Source: Paraspadella gotoi (taxonomy: Eukaryota > Animalia > Chaetognatha). Taken from it: DNA of 64,000 nucleotides. The position numbers and the translations under genes are program-made. The notes beneath the pieces were generated by a model. The model was not told the origin of the DNA. It ran no database searches and was given only the letters and a program-made list of their open reading frames with translations. Below are positions 31,470-43,866 of the stretch, piece by piece. The DNA lies in contig CM119266.1 of the NCBI GenBank assembly GCA_051294375.1, positions 13,121,972 to 13,185,971 of the forward strand, in the 5' to 3' direction. Position 1 is the stretch's first letter. Every line of letters begins with the position of its first letter.

Positions 31470-33852
31470 TTAGTAGTGATCATTGTGGACTTGGTGGTGA
31501 ACTTGGTGGTGACCGTGGTGTTCGTGGTGACCGTGGTGTTCGTGGTGACCGTGGTGTTCGTGGTGGCCGTGGTGTTCGTGGTGGCCTTGGTGACCGTGTT
31601 GGCCGTGGTGAACTTCGCCGTGGTCGTAATGGTCCTTGTGGCTGTGGAAATAAAAAATGGGAAGGTTAACTCAATTAATCAGTTTGTAATTTTTTGAAAA
31701 ATGTTTCATTAACATAAGATTAATGTACTTGTGATTTACTAAAGTAGAGCACTTAGGTTTTAATCAATAATATTTATTAATGTGCTATATACACTTACCC
31801 GTGGGCTACGTGGTGTCCGTGGTCGACGTGGGATTGGGAGGCGGAGTGGTCGGCGTCGTGACTGCGGAAGTTGTGGGTCTCATGGTCGTGATCCTCCAAG
31901 TGATGCTTGTGGTGCCTGGATAGGAAAGAAAGATCAATATGCCATTCCGCTAATGAGCTTTTCGTTGTTTGTTTTCTGTTTTTTAACTCTGTTTGTTGTT
32001 TGTTTTTGTTGATTCTTATATATATATATATATCGTGGTCATAGCTTTTCTTGCCATTATCGTCATAGCAAAACAAAAATCATTCTTCCAAACTCCCGAT
32101 TATACCTCGCCTCGAACCCGAGACGCAAAACTCACGTGGTGTGGTCGTGGTGTTTGTCGTGGATGTGTTTGAAGTTCTTGTGGATGTGGTTGTGGTGGTC
32201 GTGAACGTGGTCGTGGATGTCGTGGAGGTTCTGAGGGAAAAGAGAAAATATAATTACTTCATTATATTTAAAAAATAAGAACTCTGGTGTATTAGAGTAG
32301 TGTGCTGGTCAAACCTACCTTGTGGTAGTTGGTGTGATCGTGATGATGTTCGCTGAGGTGAGTTAGGTCGTTGTGAATGTGCTTGTGACGCTCATCCGAG
32401 TGTTTGCTGAAAAATGTCAAGGGATTTAGTAATGATTATGTTTTTTTCAGAATCGATGCTTAAAATTGTAAAATTATTATAAGCAGTGGGGTGAAATACT
32501 GTTAATAGGTAAATTAAAAGAAAATTAAGAAATTTTGACAAAGAATGCATTAATCAAACAATGATTTAGTTTCCATGGCAACCTGTGCGACGAGGAGGCG
32601 GAGTGGGAGGATCCCTCGTGATAGACGGCGTCGTGTCCGTGCATGTGATGGTGTCCGTGGTTCACGTGATGTCCAAGGTGGTCGTGGTGACCGTGATCGT
32701 ACCCGTGATGTCCGTGTTCGTAGTGGTGACCTTGGTCGTACTCATTGTGTTTGTGGTGGGGATGGTGGAAAGATTTGTGGGAATAGTGGTGGCTGGTGTT
32801 GGGGGGGGATGAGTGGGTTGTTATTTTTGTAGAGTTGTAAATTTTTGATGTCTTTGAGTTTTTATCAACGATTGATTGAGATTCGATTAAATTTTAATAT
32901 GTAAGACGATGTATTCCATTATTATTTCTGGATTAGTAAAGTTCTGACCAGCAAAAAGGATGAAGTTGTTCATGGTCCCGAAATGAAACCAACTAAGAAA
33001 TTGGCTAGAAAAATAGAAAAATGACTTGTTTCACTCGCTTAAGTTTTTTTAGAATTAATATTAATACTTAAAATTAAAATTAATTATTTTCTTTTTGTCC
33101 ATATTTAATTTATATTTTTTAATAATTTCTATACAAAAGCCAAATATCACATTGATAAAAAGCTTAAAAATTCAAAATACTAGTAGTAACAAAATAAAGA
33201 AAAAAAAGATGTTCTTACTGGGGTTCGTGGTGGTGGTGGTAGTCGTAGTGTCCGTCGTGGTGGTCGTGGTGGTCGTGGTGGCCGAGATGATGGTGGTGGT
33301 GATATCCGCCCGAGTGGTGGAGATAGTTTTGGCTGCTGATGGCGGCGCCGTCGGGACTAACGTCGTCGCCGTCGACCGCCTCCACCTCTTCCGAACTTGA
33401 GGGGGGGAGAGGTTGCAGGGGTGTTGAGGGGGTGTTTAAAAGGGTGTTGAGGGGTGAATTTTGGTTTAAAATAGACAAGGAGCCATTATTGCAATGATGC
33501 ATTATTGTTATTTGACAAAAAGAAAAGTACTTTAAGCAAAAATCACCGAAATTTGACTGAAAAAAAAACAAAAACAAATTTCCGGTACAGAGAATCAAAA
33601 AAGTTACTTTCTTTGCTTTCTATATCCACTGAGTGAAGATACTGAATGTTTTGAAAAACTTTTACTGTAATTTATTTTTAATTTTAACTTTGTTAAAACA
33701 ATTACTTACCCTATTCTTCTTTAAAAAAACTCACCCACCATTCCCGATCAAACTTACTTTTCGTCGCTGTTTTCCTCCGACGAATCGGGAAGAACGAAAG
33801 GCATCACCGACGCCACGAGCGTCAAACCCAAAACGAGCAGAAACCACTTCAT
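31470..33852 (-). CDS. Secreted histidine-rich protein, 7 exons, 317 aa
   Basis: Exons 33852-33758, 33395-33219, 32792-32583, 32406-32319, 32230-32136, 31915-31799, 31641-31470, all GT-AG and phase-compatible (954 nt). N-terminus MKWFLLVLGLTLVASVMP (signal peptide), then an acidic spacer, a His-rich body and (HHEHHG)x4. AATAAA lies ~45 nt after the stop. Confidence 0.92.
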
Positions 33853-33932
33853 CCTTTTGGTTGCGATTAATATTTTTTTTTAATATATTAATTTCTTATT
33901 CCGTCTGTAGCTTTTCTCAGAGCCGAGACAAG

Positions 33933-33969
33933 ATCTGAGTAAGTTTGACCGATCCCGGCTTTTATATAC
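33933..33969 (-). promoter_or_regulatory. TATA box (TATATAAAAG) and Inr-like TCAGAT of the His-rich gene
   Basis: TATA at 33968-33959, TCAG about 30 nt downstream of its first T, ATG ~85 nt further on. Confidence 0.65.
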
Positions 33970-35332
33970 TCTTGGCCGAGGAAGAAGATGACGGAAGGTG
34001 AGGAAGAAGGTGAAAGAAGAAGAAAGAGAAAAAAAAATACGAAGAAGAAGACGACGAAATGTGACGAAGACGAAAAAAAAGGGGGAAAAAAAAGAAAAGG
34101 AAGAGCCCATCCCGAGATCCACTTCGCACTTGTAACGCGCACATCTTTTTTTTTTTTTACCTTTCCCATTCTCTTTTCTCTCTTTACGATTTCGCCGAAG
34201 TCTTGGGTGTAAAAGGACCGCGACGCGAATTCCGTTACTCTTGGCCCTAACTTTGAGTTCGGAACGCGGAGCCCGGCCTCTCTTTCTCACTTGGCCACGA
34301 TGTCCATCCGGTTTTCCCTTTTTTTTTTCATTTTCCTTAATTTTAGTTTTTTTTATTTATTATTTTTTCCCCCAGTTTTTTTTTGTTGTTTGTTCCTTTA
34401 TTTTTTTTATTTTTTTTGGTCATTCTTTTATTTATCGCCATCTCATCGTTCTTCCGCGAAATACAATTTTTTTCATCTATTTTTAATTTTTTCTACTTTT
34501 AGACAATGTTAGTTTGATTAAGCCGCTTTTCCCAAGGGCCTTTCCAATATTTTTTCTACCCTTTTTTCTCCCCGTATATATTGTTCGATTTAAGTTCATC
34601 CGAGAGGCAAATCCAAACCAATTACAAAGTCCAGACGTTAGCCTTGGAGATACAGAAATAGACGTTTTTGTCTGGGAATCCTATTATCAAGTCGCCTATA
34701 TAAACATTTAAATAAAAGACCTTTTAGGAAAATTTACTTTACGAGAAAACATATGGTTTCATAATTCAAATGTCGGTTTCCTGCGTTTTCATCACAACGC
34801 TAATTGGGTTTCAACTCAACCTTCATTCCAAACATTCGATACAATATATTATATGTTGTAAAATATCTTAGGGCAGAAGTAAGTGTTTCTTTTTTCTGCT
34901 CAGACGTTTCCTTTACGTCTAAATTCTTGGCTGCGGAATGTCTTGGCCGGTAAAGTGAAGAAGAGGACTGTCGCGTGAAAAAGAGAAAAAAAAATTGTAA
35001 ATTCTTTTTTTTAATTGACATCTGTCGATGTTTCTTTTTTTTTGCCTTAATTTTTATCTTACAAGTTTTTATCATCGACTTTATGTTGTCTGTTTTAAAT
35101 TGTCTGTGACGACGGCTGTTTTGTGATAAAAAGCAAGAAAGAAGTCTAGTAAAAATAATTATCTATCGATGTCAGATTCAAAAAAAAAAAGAATATTTTC
35201 ATACCTTTTTATTCTCTGTATTTTCAAGTCAAAGAAAAGTGGTCAATCTTTGCTCTTCTTTTCCATTCACTCTCTAAGACCTCATGGTGCGACCAATTTC
35301 TCTTTCCCTAGGGGGTCATTTGCCTTTATCCA

Positions 35333-35423
<91 letters not shown>

Positions 35424-35786
35424 CCTCCTTTCCCCTCCACCTCCCTCCGTAAATCGAATCAGAAAACTCCTGCCACTAATCTTCCATGTAGTAGCAATTT
35501 CTGTTCGATCAAAACGATTAAGTTTCTTCTCCACAATCGTTTTAAACAATTAAATGATCGACAAAAAAAAGTTTTGGACGAAGAATTTGTATTTTTTGTG
35601 AGGCTTTTTATCGATTGAAGAAATAAAAACAAAAGGCCCTTAAACCAGAATTACATGCAGGCATTTGAATATCCGCTCTCTTCGGCCAAAGTCCGAAAAC
35701 ATTTTTTTTTTCAAGTTTCAATAGTTTCTTATTTCTTGATTTCTCGATCGTTTCGCGCCTTTTTTTGGCTAACTCCGCCCGTATCC

Positions 35787-36440
35787 ATGGCAACGGAGCC
35801 TTCCATGAACGGGACCATGGCAACGTGGGACCGGTTGCCTTTCTTTGCCTCTTTCGTCGCCGCCATTTTGTTTTTCTCGATTCGGTCCGATGTAAACAAT
35901 CCGGTGACGAATCGCGCCGGTTTTGCATTCGCGAAGGTTTGATATCATATTGATATATATATATATATATATCATATTTATTTGATATTTCTTTAGCGAC
36001 AACCACAACCACAAGCTACGACCTGATCTCAAGGTATATTATTAACGTCATTTTTCCAGTATTATAATAAAATTCGATGTTAACAGCCAATTAAAACGTT
36101 TAAAACTTAGAACTGACATCTTAATTTTATTTTAATAAAAAAGGGATGAGGGCGAGACACACAATTTAAGACAGAGACACACTCGTAATACAAAAGTACT
36201 AAATGTCAAATTATTTACGTTTAAAATAGTAAGGCCATCTCCTGACCACCCTTCACTTGCGCCATCTGTGAGTCTTTCAAATCCCCAGGTTTCTCCCATC
36301 GCGGCGCTGATTCTCTTCGTCGTCAACGCGACTTCCGGCGCCGCCGAGAAATCCTCGCTCCTCGCGGCTTTGGTGGCGTCGTTGCTTGGAGACGTCTGCT
36401 TGGTGTTTCATGTTAGTGATTGGGGTGTGAGAGAGAGAGA

Positions 36441-36491
<51 letters not shown>

Positions 36492-37637
36492 AGAGAGAGA
36501 ACAAGAGAGAAGAGAGAGAGAGGAAGAGAGAGAGAGAGAAAGAAACACAGTCGGAAACTATAGGTAACCTTTGATTTTTAACTTACCTTTTTGGCAGGAA
36601 TCCTGGTTTCTGGTGGGCGTTATATCTTTCGGAGTTGCGCAGGTGATAATGACAATTCTTAAGAAAATTAGTCATATCATTCGCCAGATAACGAAGATAC
36701 AAGATATCCTCGAATTAAAAAAAAAAAAGAAAAAAGGAACGACCCTGGTTCCGATTTTATCTTTGTTATTTTTTTTAACTCGTTTTTAAACACTCGTCCA
36801 AGGTTTTCTACCTGGCTTCCTTTGGCATCGCGGCGGACGGCTTATGGTTCCTCGGGCTTTGGCTTTGCGTCGGCCTCGCCTTTTGGCTTTTCGTCTCAGC
36901 GCGAACAAAGGTCAGACGGATTTTCGGACGAGAGAGGCTTATTTTTTTCCCAGTTTTCTTGAGTTTGCTCAATTCGCGAGGTGAGGCACGAATCCGATAT
37001 ATTAAAGCAATTGGTCTGAAGAATCTATGAATAAGTAAATTTCTCAGAAATCTCGTACCACGTTGCTGAAATATTGACAGATAATGTTCAATTAACTAAC
37101 TATGTAGTGAATAAAATCATTTTTCTTTTCAAGGGTTTTTTCAAAGCGGCGCTCTTTGTTTACATGTTGGCGTTGATGGCGATGGTTTGGCGAGCGACGA
37201 CCGGCGCCATCTACTCCGAAAATCGCAACGCCGCCTTCAAGCATCGTCATGGTTTGAGAGCGCTTGGCGCAATTTCTTTCGCCGTGTCGGACAGGTTTAA
37301 AGAAGGGATTTTAGCAGTAAACATACAATTATAAACATTAAAATTAAAGCTTGTCCAGCTTTTTTTTTGGGTGTCAGTTTTCGTGAAACTCCTCGTAGGT
37401 TATGCACAAGAATTGAAACTTGTTTGACCTTTTCTAACTAGGAATTAAACATTAAGTAAGAGACCGTGAAGTTTCGACTTAATAAAATATTCAATTTGAA
37501 CTTAACTTAATTTGAGTTTTATTCGTTTCAGTCTCATTGCTCTCTACAAGTTTCGGTTGCAAACGCCGTCCCCGTTTCTCATCGTGATCATCTTGTACTA
37601 CTTGGGTCAAGCGGGAATCGTTTTTTCCTTCTTTTGA
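35787..37637 (+). CDS. TMEM86: Lysoplasmalogenase-like YhhN family protein, 6 exons, 230 aa
   Basis: Exons 35787-35936, 36289-36411, 36598-36642, 36803-36910, 37134-37294, 37532-37637, in phase. Motifs LPFF, K-x-x-P, LGDVCL, FLVG..SF..AQ.FY, GA..F.VSDSLIA..KF, YYLGQ. Multi-pass hydrophobic. Confidence 0.9.
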
Positions 37638-37934
37638 CAAAATGTTCAAAGAAATGAGAACGAAATATTTTTTTTTCACAATTCTAAAATGAGTTTTGTA
37701 ATGTTGTGTCATTGTTTTACTTTCAATTATAACCAGAGTTTCTTCAAAGGCCTTATGTTTATGAAATTGGTACAACCAATAAATCGAAAAATTATCCATT
37801 AATTTAATAAGTTATCTTGCCCCTTACTGAAATTTAGAATCAAACCCGCTTCTGACAGAGAATCGAAAGTTGGACTTGGAACGGAAATAACGAAGGGTTT
37901 GGAAGCGAAGGCACGCCTCTCATTTCCGTGGCTG

Positions 37935-38026
<92 letters not shown>

Positions 38027-41000
38027 CTCTCTCACTCTCTTTCACTCTCTCTATCTATTTCCGTAAATGTTCAGTTTTACCTTGGCTGGACAAGAAATCT
38101 AGTGGTGTTAAAGACAAATTTGACAAAAAATAAGGAAAAAAAAAATACCGTAAATCAATATACTAGCTCACAAAACATGTTTAAATTATATCAACTTAAA
38201 CAAATTAAAAAAATAATAATAAAAAGGTCCCTTGTCTTTGTGGCGCGGCCATGGGAGAGGCGATGTCGTGGGGGCGGTGGTGGTCGTGAAAGTGCTAGCG
38301 GCGGTAGCTGTGGTAGTTTCGTGGTGGTGGTGGCGGTAGTGGAAGAAAAAAAGCCGTTGAATTTCGTTTGGGGTGGAAGTAATGCAGCGCGACGCCGATT
38401 GGATTCTCCGCTGCGATGAGCAGAGTTCAAACCAGACTGGAGAGGAGGAGGAGGAGGAGGGGGAGGAGGAGGAGGGGGAGGGAGGAGGGAGGAAAAAAGG
38501 AGGAAAGGAATAGAGGGGGAAAAGGAAAAACGGCCGAGGGGAAACCGAGCGATAAGGAAAGAACGAGAGGTTAGGAGAGGAAAAAGAGTGGAGATCTTAG
38601 GGCTTTGTAAAATGGAAAGTAGCGCTAGTAGAAGTTAAATCGAAGGGAGGGAGGGTAAGGCACAGATAAGGGAGGGGAAGTTCGAGCGATGCACTAGAAA
38701 GTTTTGGATAGGAATTCGTGAATTTTGAATGGAATATTTCGAAAGTTGAGATCGGGAAGGGAGAGAGTTTGGATCAAGTCGACAAATTCGAAGATAGATG
38801 AACAGAAACGAAAGAGAGACAACGCTAATTTTCTTTTCAAAATGGTAAATTGTCATTGTATTAGAAAAACGATTAAAAAAGGTATAATAACCGTTGTAAT
38901 TGTACATTGTTTTCGTATAAAAGAGAACCCATAGTTTCTTACTCCATCTCCCATTTCCCTCCATCTCTCTCTCTCTCTCTCTCCCCATCTTTCCCAGTCT
39001 GACGATGGGCACGTCCGACAGTTTAACAGACTCTCTCCACTTTCCATCACAGCTTCTAGTCTCCTCTTCCTCCTCCCATTGTCCCGTCGCGATGGCGTTC
39101 CTCTTCCCCCTCAACGCTCTTCCTTTTACCATAGCGTAGGTATCGCACTTTCCTCCACTTTAAATAAAATAAAAAAAATCATTTCTTTGTCCTAATATTT
39201 TATTTTTCCACCGTGTTTGTCCTTTTCTCTCCCTGTTTTTTTCTTTTTTCCTTCTTGTTTGAGTTTCCGATCTTGCGCGAAAGTGCTCCCCGCGGGTGGG
39301 GGGAAGTGAAGGAGAGGGCGTGCGTGGTAGTTGCTATGGAATAGAGTTCGGAAAGATCACGCAAGTAAATTTTTTTTCCTGTTTGGTTCCTATCGATTTT
39401 ATTCTCAAGGTCTGTTGTTTAACAAAATTTATATGCTATGCGAATTTGAACAAAAATTTACATTTTTACTTTATGATTTTTTCCCGTATTTAAAAAAAAC
39501 CAACATTTTTTTTTCAACAATTATTTTGCTTTAAAGTATTCATAGAATTTGATAATCTTATATCACTTTCAGAATGAATGTCACTAGAGCGTATTGCTCC
39601 AGCACTGCACCAGCGACCTCCTAGCTCCCCAACCCTTTCCCCGAGTCCCCAGTCCTCGACCCACGCTACTTGTTCCTCGCCGCGCCAGCCATTCCAATGC
39701 GGCCACCTTTCCTCTCTTATCTCTTACATCGACAGCTCAGCCCAACGTTTTTCTTGCCAGAGATAAATGCCACTTCCCTTGTTATTCTTCTTCTTTTTCT
39801 TTTTCTCTCCTTTTTTTTTTGGTACAGTCGTTTCCTTCTCTCTTTTTTCTGTTTATATTTTATTTATATGTTTATTTGTTTATTTATTCATTTATACTGT
39901 TAACTATTTCACTATTTTTCTTTTATTTAGTTTTTGATTTATTTGTTCTATTATTTATTTATTCATGTTTGTATCTATCTATTCATTTAGTTTTCATTTT
40001 ATTTAACTATTTACTTTTAAGTTTATTAAGATGAGCAGCCTGAAAATATGAGATTTTTGCGGTTGAGATCCAGTTTTTGTTTTGAATGGGCTGAAAGACA
40101 TCAAGAGAGAATAGGAAATGCCTCTTGACTGATTCATTGGCTTCTCCTCCGTCTAAGACTCTCTCTCTCTCTCTCCATCTCTCCATATTTCTTTTTTTCT
40201 TTCTTTCTCATTCTCTTTTTGTCTTTCTTTATTTTTCAAGATCAAGAGCTCGTACGACTTTTTATTTGTCCTTAATGATTTAGAATAATGTAAGTTACTA
40301 ACTCAAACCGAAAAGTACCTAAAGGAAAAATAAAAAAAATTAAAAAAACTGGGAGAAAAAATATTTTTTCCACTTTTCTTTTCAAGAAATGGATCTGCTC
40401 CAGCTTCTGTCGTTGTCGTCGTCGTCGTCGTCGTCGTCGTCGCTGTTCAACTGTGAAGGTGATTAAGAAACGATTTCGTCGAGAAAGAAAAGGGAAAAGG
40501 AGAAAATTTACTTCATTAGTCTAATGAGATTAACCACTAATGGGAAAAGCGGAGGAAGGGAAACTGGAAAAAAAGAGAGAAAAAGAACGGAGAAGAAAAC
40601 AAAAGCGTTGTACGAAACAGGAATATGAGAATATTTTTAACAGTATACATAATGAAAATTTAACAAAACTATTGAGAGAGACAATACCAAAACATCTAAA
40701 TGCATTTTTAAAAAAAATTATATATATAGATATATATATAAATTTATATAATAAAGCAGCGGGGTAACGAAAAATTACATTTATTATTGCTATTATTATC
40801 ACCATTCAGTTTTTCAAGGTTTAACTATTTGTCTTTGTAAAGTGTATTTTTTCCTATATATATCAACAATTCCATTCTTTTGTTAACAACGCCTTTCCAA
40901 TTTGAGACTAAAGAGAGCGTCTCAGCTAGAGATTTAAAATACTGAAAAAACAAAAGGTAAAAAGGATGTTTCTCGAGCTTTTCGCCCGAGTGAAGGGAGG

Positions 41001-41359
41001 TGCACTAAATATACTTATTTAACGTTGGTGCAATAAATATACATATTTAACTTTTCGAACGTAGGAAAAAAAATAGAGTAATGAGCGACGTCGATTAAAA
41101 TTAGAATTATGAAAACGAAGCTTGTGTGCAACGATTCGAAAAGTTTAGTTACTAAATTGACAAAGAAGATTCCTCTAGCGTTTCACTACTTTATTACGTA
41201 AAGAAAATTAAACCATATAAATATACATGTTTCGCCAATACAAGGGAACTTCATGAACTTTAAACGAGGTGATATTCAAAACACGACGAATCTTTAACCT
41301 CAGCGACAACGGCAACGACAGCGAACATAATAAAATTTTTCCCGCTTATCATACTACAG

Positions 41360-43291
41360 GGAATTTTCCCCCTTCCTTCCGTCGTCATAGCGACAAAGAT
41401 TTGTTCATATGGTTGCTAAGCGACGCTCGAGACGCCATCGACGATGGGATTCATCCGATTCTGGCGAAAAAAAGATCCGGGGGTTGCTACATTTGCAGAA
41501 ACTCCAAGGAACAAGTAAGATCTCAGCCGTGAGATCGTTTTTTTTATTTATAATATTTAATGTATTTGTAATTAATCCCGATCGTCGACATCAGGCGGTA
41601 GCCATTTTCAAACCCCGAGACGAAGAAACCTGCGCCTCCAACAACCCGAATCTTCAGACGCGCATCTTCGCCGTGGTGTGTCCGTGTCTCTTCGGTCCAC
41701 ACTACCTTCGACGGAACCAGGCTTACCTGGCTGAAGTCGGTCAGTAACGGAAGAGAGTATCTGACCTTTTCTTATCGATCTACTTTGGATGTAAAATTGT
41801 ATATGACGGCTTTGGAGTGATGTGGGCAACACATATTATATAACTTATATAGCTTATTTATTAAATGAATGGATAATTTTTATATTGGTTGTACCAATCC
41901 ACAGTGAATTAGGTTGGATAATTTAGGCGCGTGCGTCGTCGACGGTCACTTCCGGTTGGGCGTGGTTCCAGAAACGCAAATCGTTCGACTTCGTTCGCCT
42001 AAGTTTCACTACGCTCTAAATCGGGACCCAAAAAAGTTGCCATTCAAGGTGAGTGAAAATTGAAATAAAATTCTATTCGACACTCATGTTAAAATAAATC
42101 GAGGAGGCGGACTGGACAGACAACGCTTTCTGACACACACAAAACTCTCTAGGTGGGCTCCTTCCAACTCTTCGTCCGCGAGGCGATGGACTTCTCTAGC
42201 TTCGTCAACGAAGGCCACTTCGATTCCATGGATTTGGAGACTCGCGCCAACTTCCGTCTCGAGTTCGAGAAGATGGTCGTCCTCGACTTCATCATCCAAA
42301 ACGTCGACCGCGCCTCCGCCAATTGGCTCGTCAGGATTCACGATAAAAAGGTGACAGGGTGAGAGTAAGGTGGGAGGGTGAGGTAGAGAATGTAAAGAGA
42401 GAGGGANNNNNNNNNNNNNNNAGAGTAAGGTGGGAGGGTAAGGTAGAGAATGTAAAGAGAGAGGGAAGGGAAAAGAGACAGGCATGAAGTATTTACATTT
42501 ATATGGAGGCTTAGAAACAAATTGGAAAACAGTTAACAGTCCAAAGTAAAAAAAAGGATTTAAAATTGTTGAGTAAAGAAACATCGAAACCCCTTTCTTC
42601 CGCTCCACTACGAGAGGTCTCCATCGCTGCCATAGACAACGGTCTCTCCTTTCCCTATCGCTTCCCTACGACCCGCGAACCTCCTTCGTGGTTGTGCCGC
42701 GACTTCGCCAAGACGCCCTTCTCCGACGATACCAAGCGGCTCGTGGCCGACGCCCTTGTAGACGTGTTCGGGGTGGAGTCACTCGTACGAGAGTTGGAAC
42801 GGCTCTTTAGGCGAGATTGGCTTCTCATTTAATACTATAATCTGGCATTGCTATTTTGTTCGACTTTTAGAAAATCGTTTTCAGGGTCGACACTCACTTC
42901 GATCAAGAGCTTTTCAACTCCCAGATGTCGCTTTTGAGAGGGCAAATCGTTATTCTTTGGTGGGCATTAATAAGAAAGACATCCTTCCCGTGTTGTCCAC
43001 GTTAAATTTATTCGCATCTCTCGCGCAGGCACGCACTCCTCCTCGACTTTTCCCCTTACTACTTGATGCAACGCTCCTTCAACTTACGTCTCGACGGCGA
43101 AACCTTCCGCAGGTTGCGCCATCTTTCTGAGTTTTCATACGCTTTGTTGAGTTAAAGAATGTGCTTGTTTCTATTTTATAATGGAAGAATCTATCTTACA
43201 CTTACTAAAACATCGTATCTCCAACAGGACTGATGCGGGACGTAACGGCGACTACGCGAAATTAAATTTGCAGAGGATTTACTCTCCCTAA
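41360..43291 (+). CDS. PI4K2: Phosphatidylinositol 4-kinase type II-like (divergent); 5' end uncertain
   Basis: Exons ~41360-41514, 41595-41739, 41927-42048, 42153-42350, 42617-42810, 42885-42959, 43029-43112, 43228-43291. Motifs AIFKPRDEE, CPCLFG, NQAYLAE, VGSFQLFV, VVLDFIIQNVDR...NW, AAIDNGLSFP, LRGQI. A possible first exon is 40389-40458. Confidence 0.92.
42362..42466 (+). repeat. 45-bp tandem repeat spanning a 15-N gap in a PI4K2 intron
   Basis: agagtaaggtgggagggt(g/a)aggtagagaatgtaaagagagaggga occurs on both sides of the gap. Confidence 0.8.
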
Positions 43292-43866
43292 CAAATTTAT
43301 AATGAATGACGGTGATGCGTACGAAACTTTAAAGAAGAAAATTGGACACGCCTTGAGGAAGATGTAAAAATGAACGGGTGAATATGAAAACTGGTTAAAC
43401 GATTAATAAAATATAATGGATTTACTACCAAAGAATGAAATTACAATTAGTAATTTAATTATTTCAGTGAAACGACGCGTTTGACGGAGAGAAACAAGCA
43501 GATACAAATTATTGAAGTCAAGTTAAATCTTTAATTTTTCTCTTTCTTGGTGATACCATTTTGGGAGAAGAATATTCGTTTCTTGTTATTAAATTCCATT
43601 TTAGTCCCGTTCAGGGGATTTTCTTCGTTGTTCCTCTCTAACGCTGGACATTGTAGAATGTAGCCTGATCTCTAAAAGTCGCGGATACTCCGTGCTCCAA
43701 TTAATAATAATTGCTCAATTTCAAACGGTTTATTCTCATTATGCAATTTAACCAGTTTAACGTGATAGATTATTTTATTAATCAAAACAAAACCTTTGCT
43801 ATGTGGTTTGCGAATCAACGCCACTCGACCATTCCATTTCGACGCCTTCAACTTGCCCTTCAGCCA

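Noticed and set aside
31407-33400. Val-rich plus-strand ORFs resembling membrane proteins
   Set aside because: They are antisense shadows of the CAC-rich His gene. Splice signals, TATA and signal peptide are all on the minus strand.
35997-36033. Possible alternative 37-nt TMEM86 exon ending LK|GT
   Set aside because: It is out of phase with exon 1 unless a weak donor is used. The model is complete without it.
38191-39770. Pro/Thr/Ser-rich ORFs at 38.2-38.4 kb and 39.6-39.8 kb
   Set aside because: Reading frame and gene structure could not be established.
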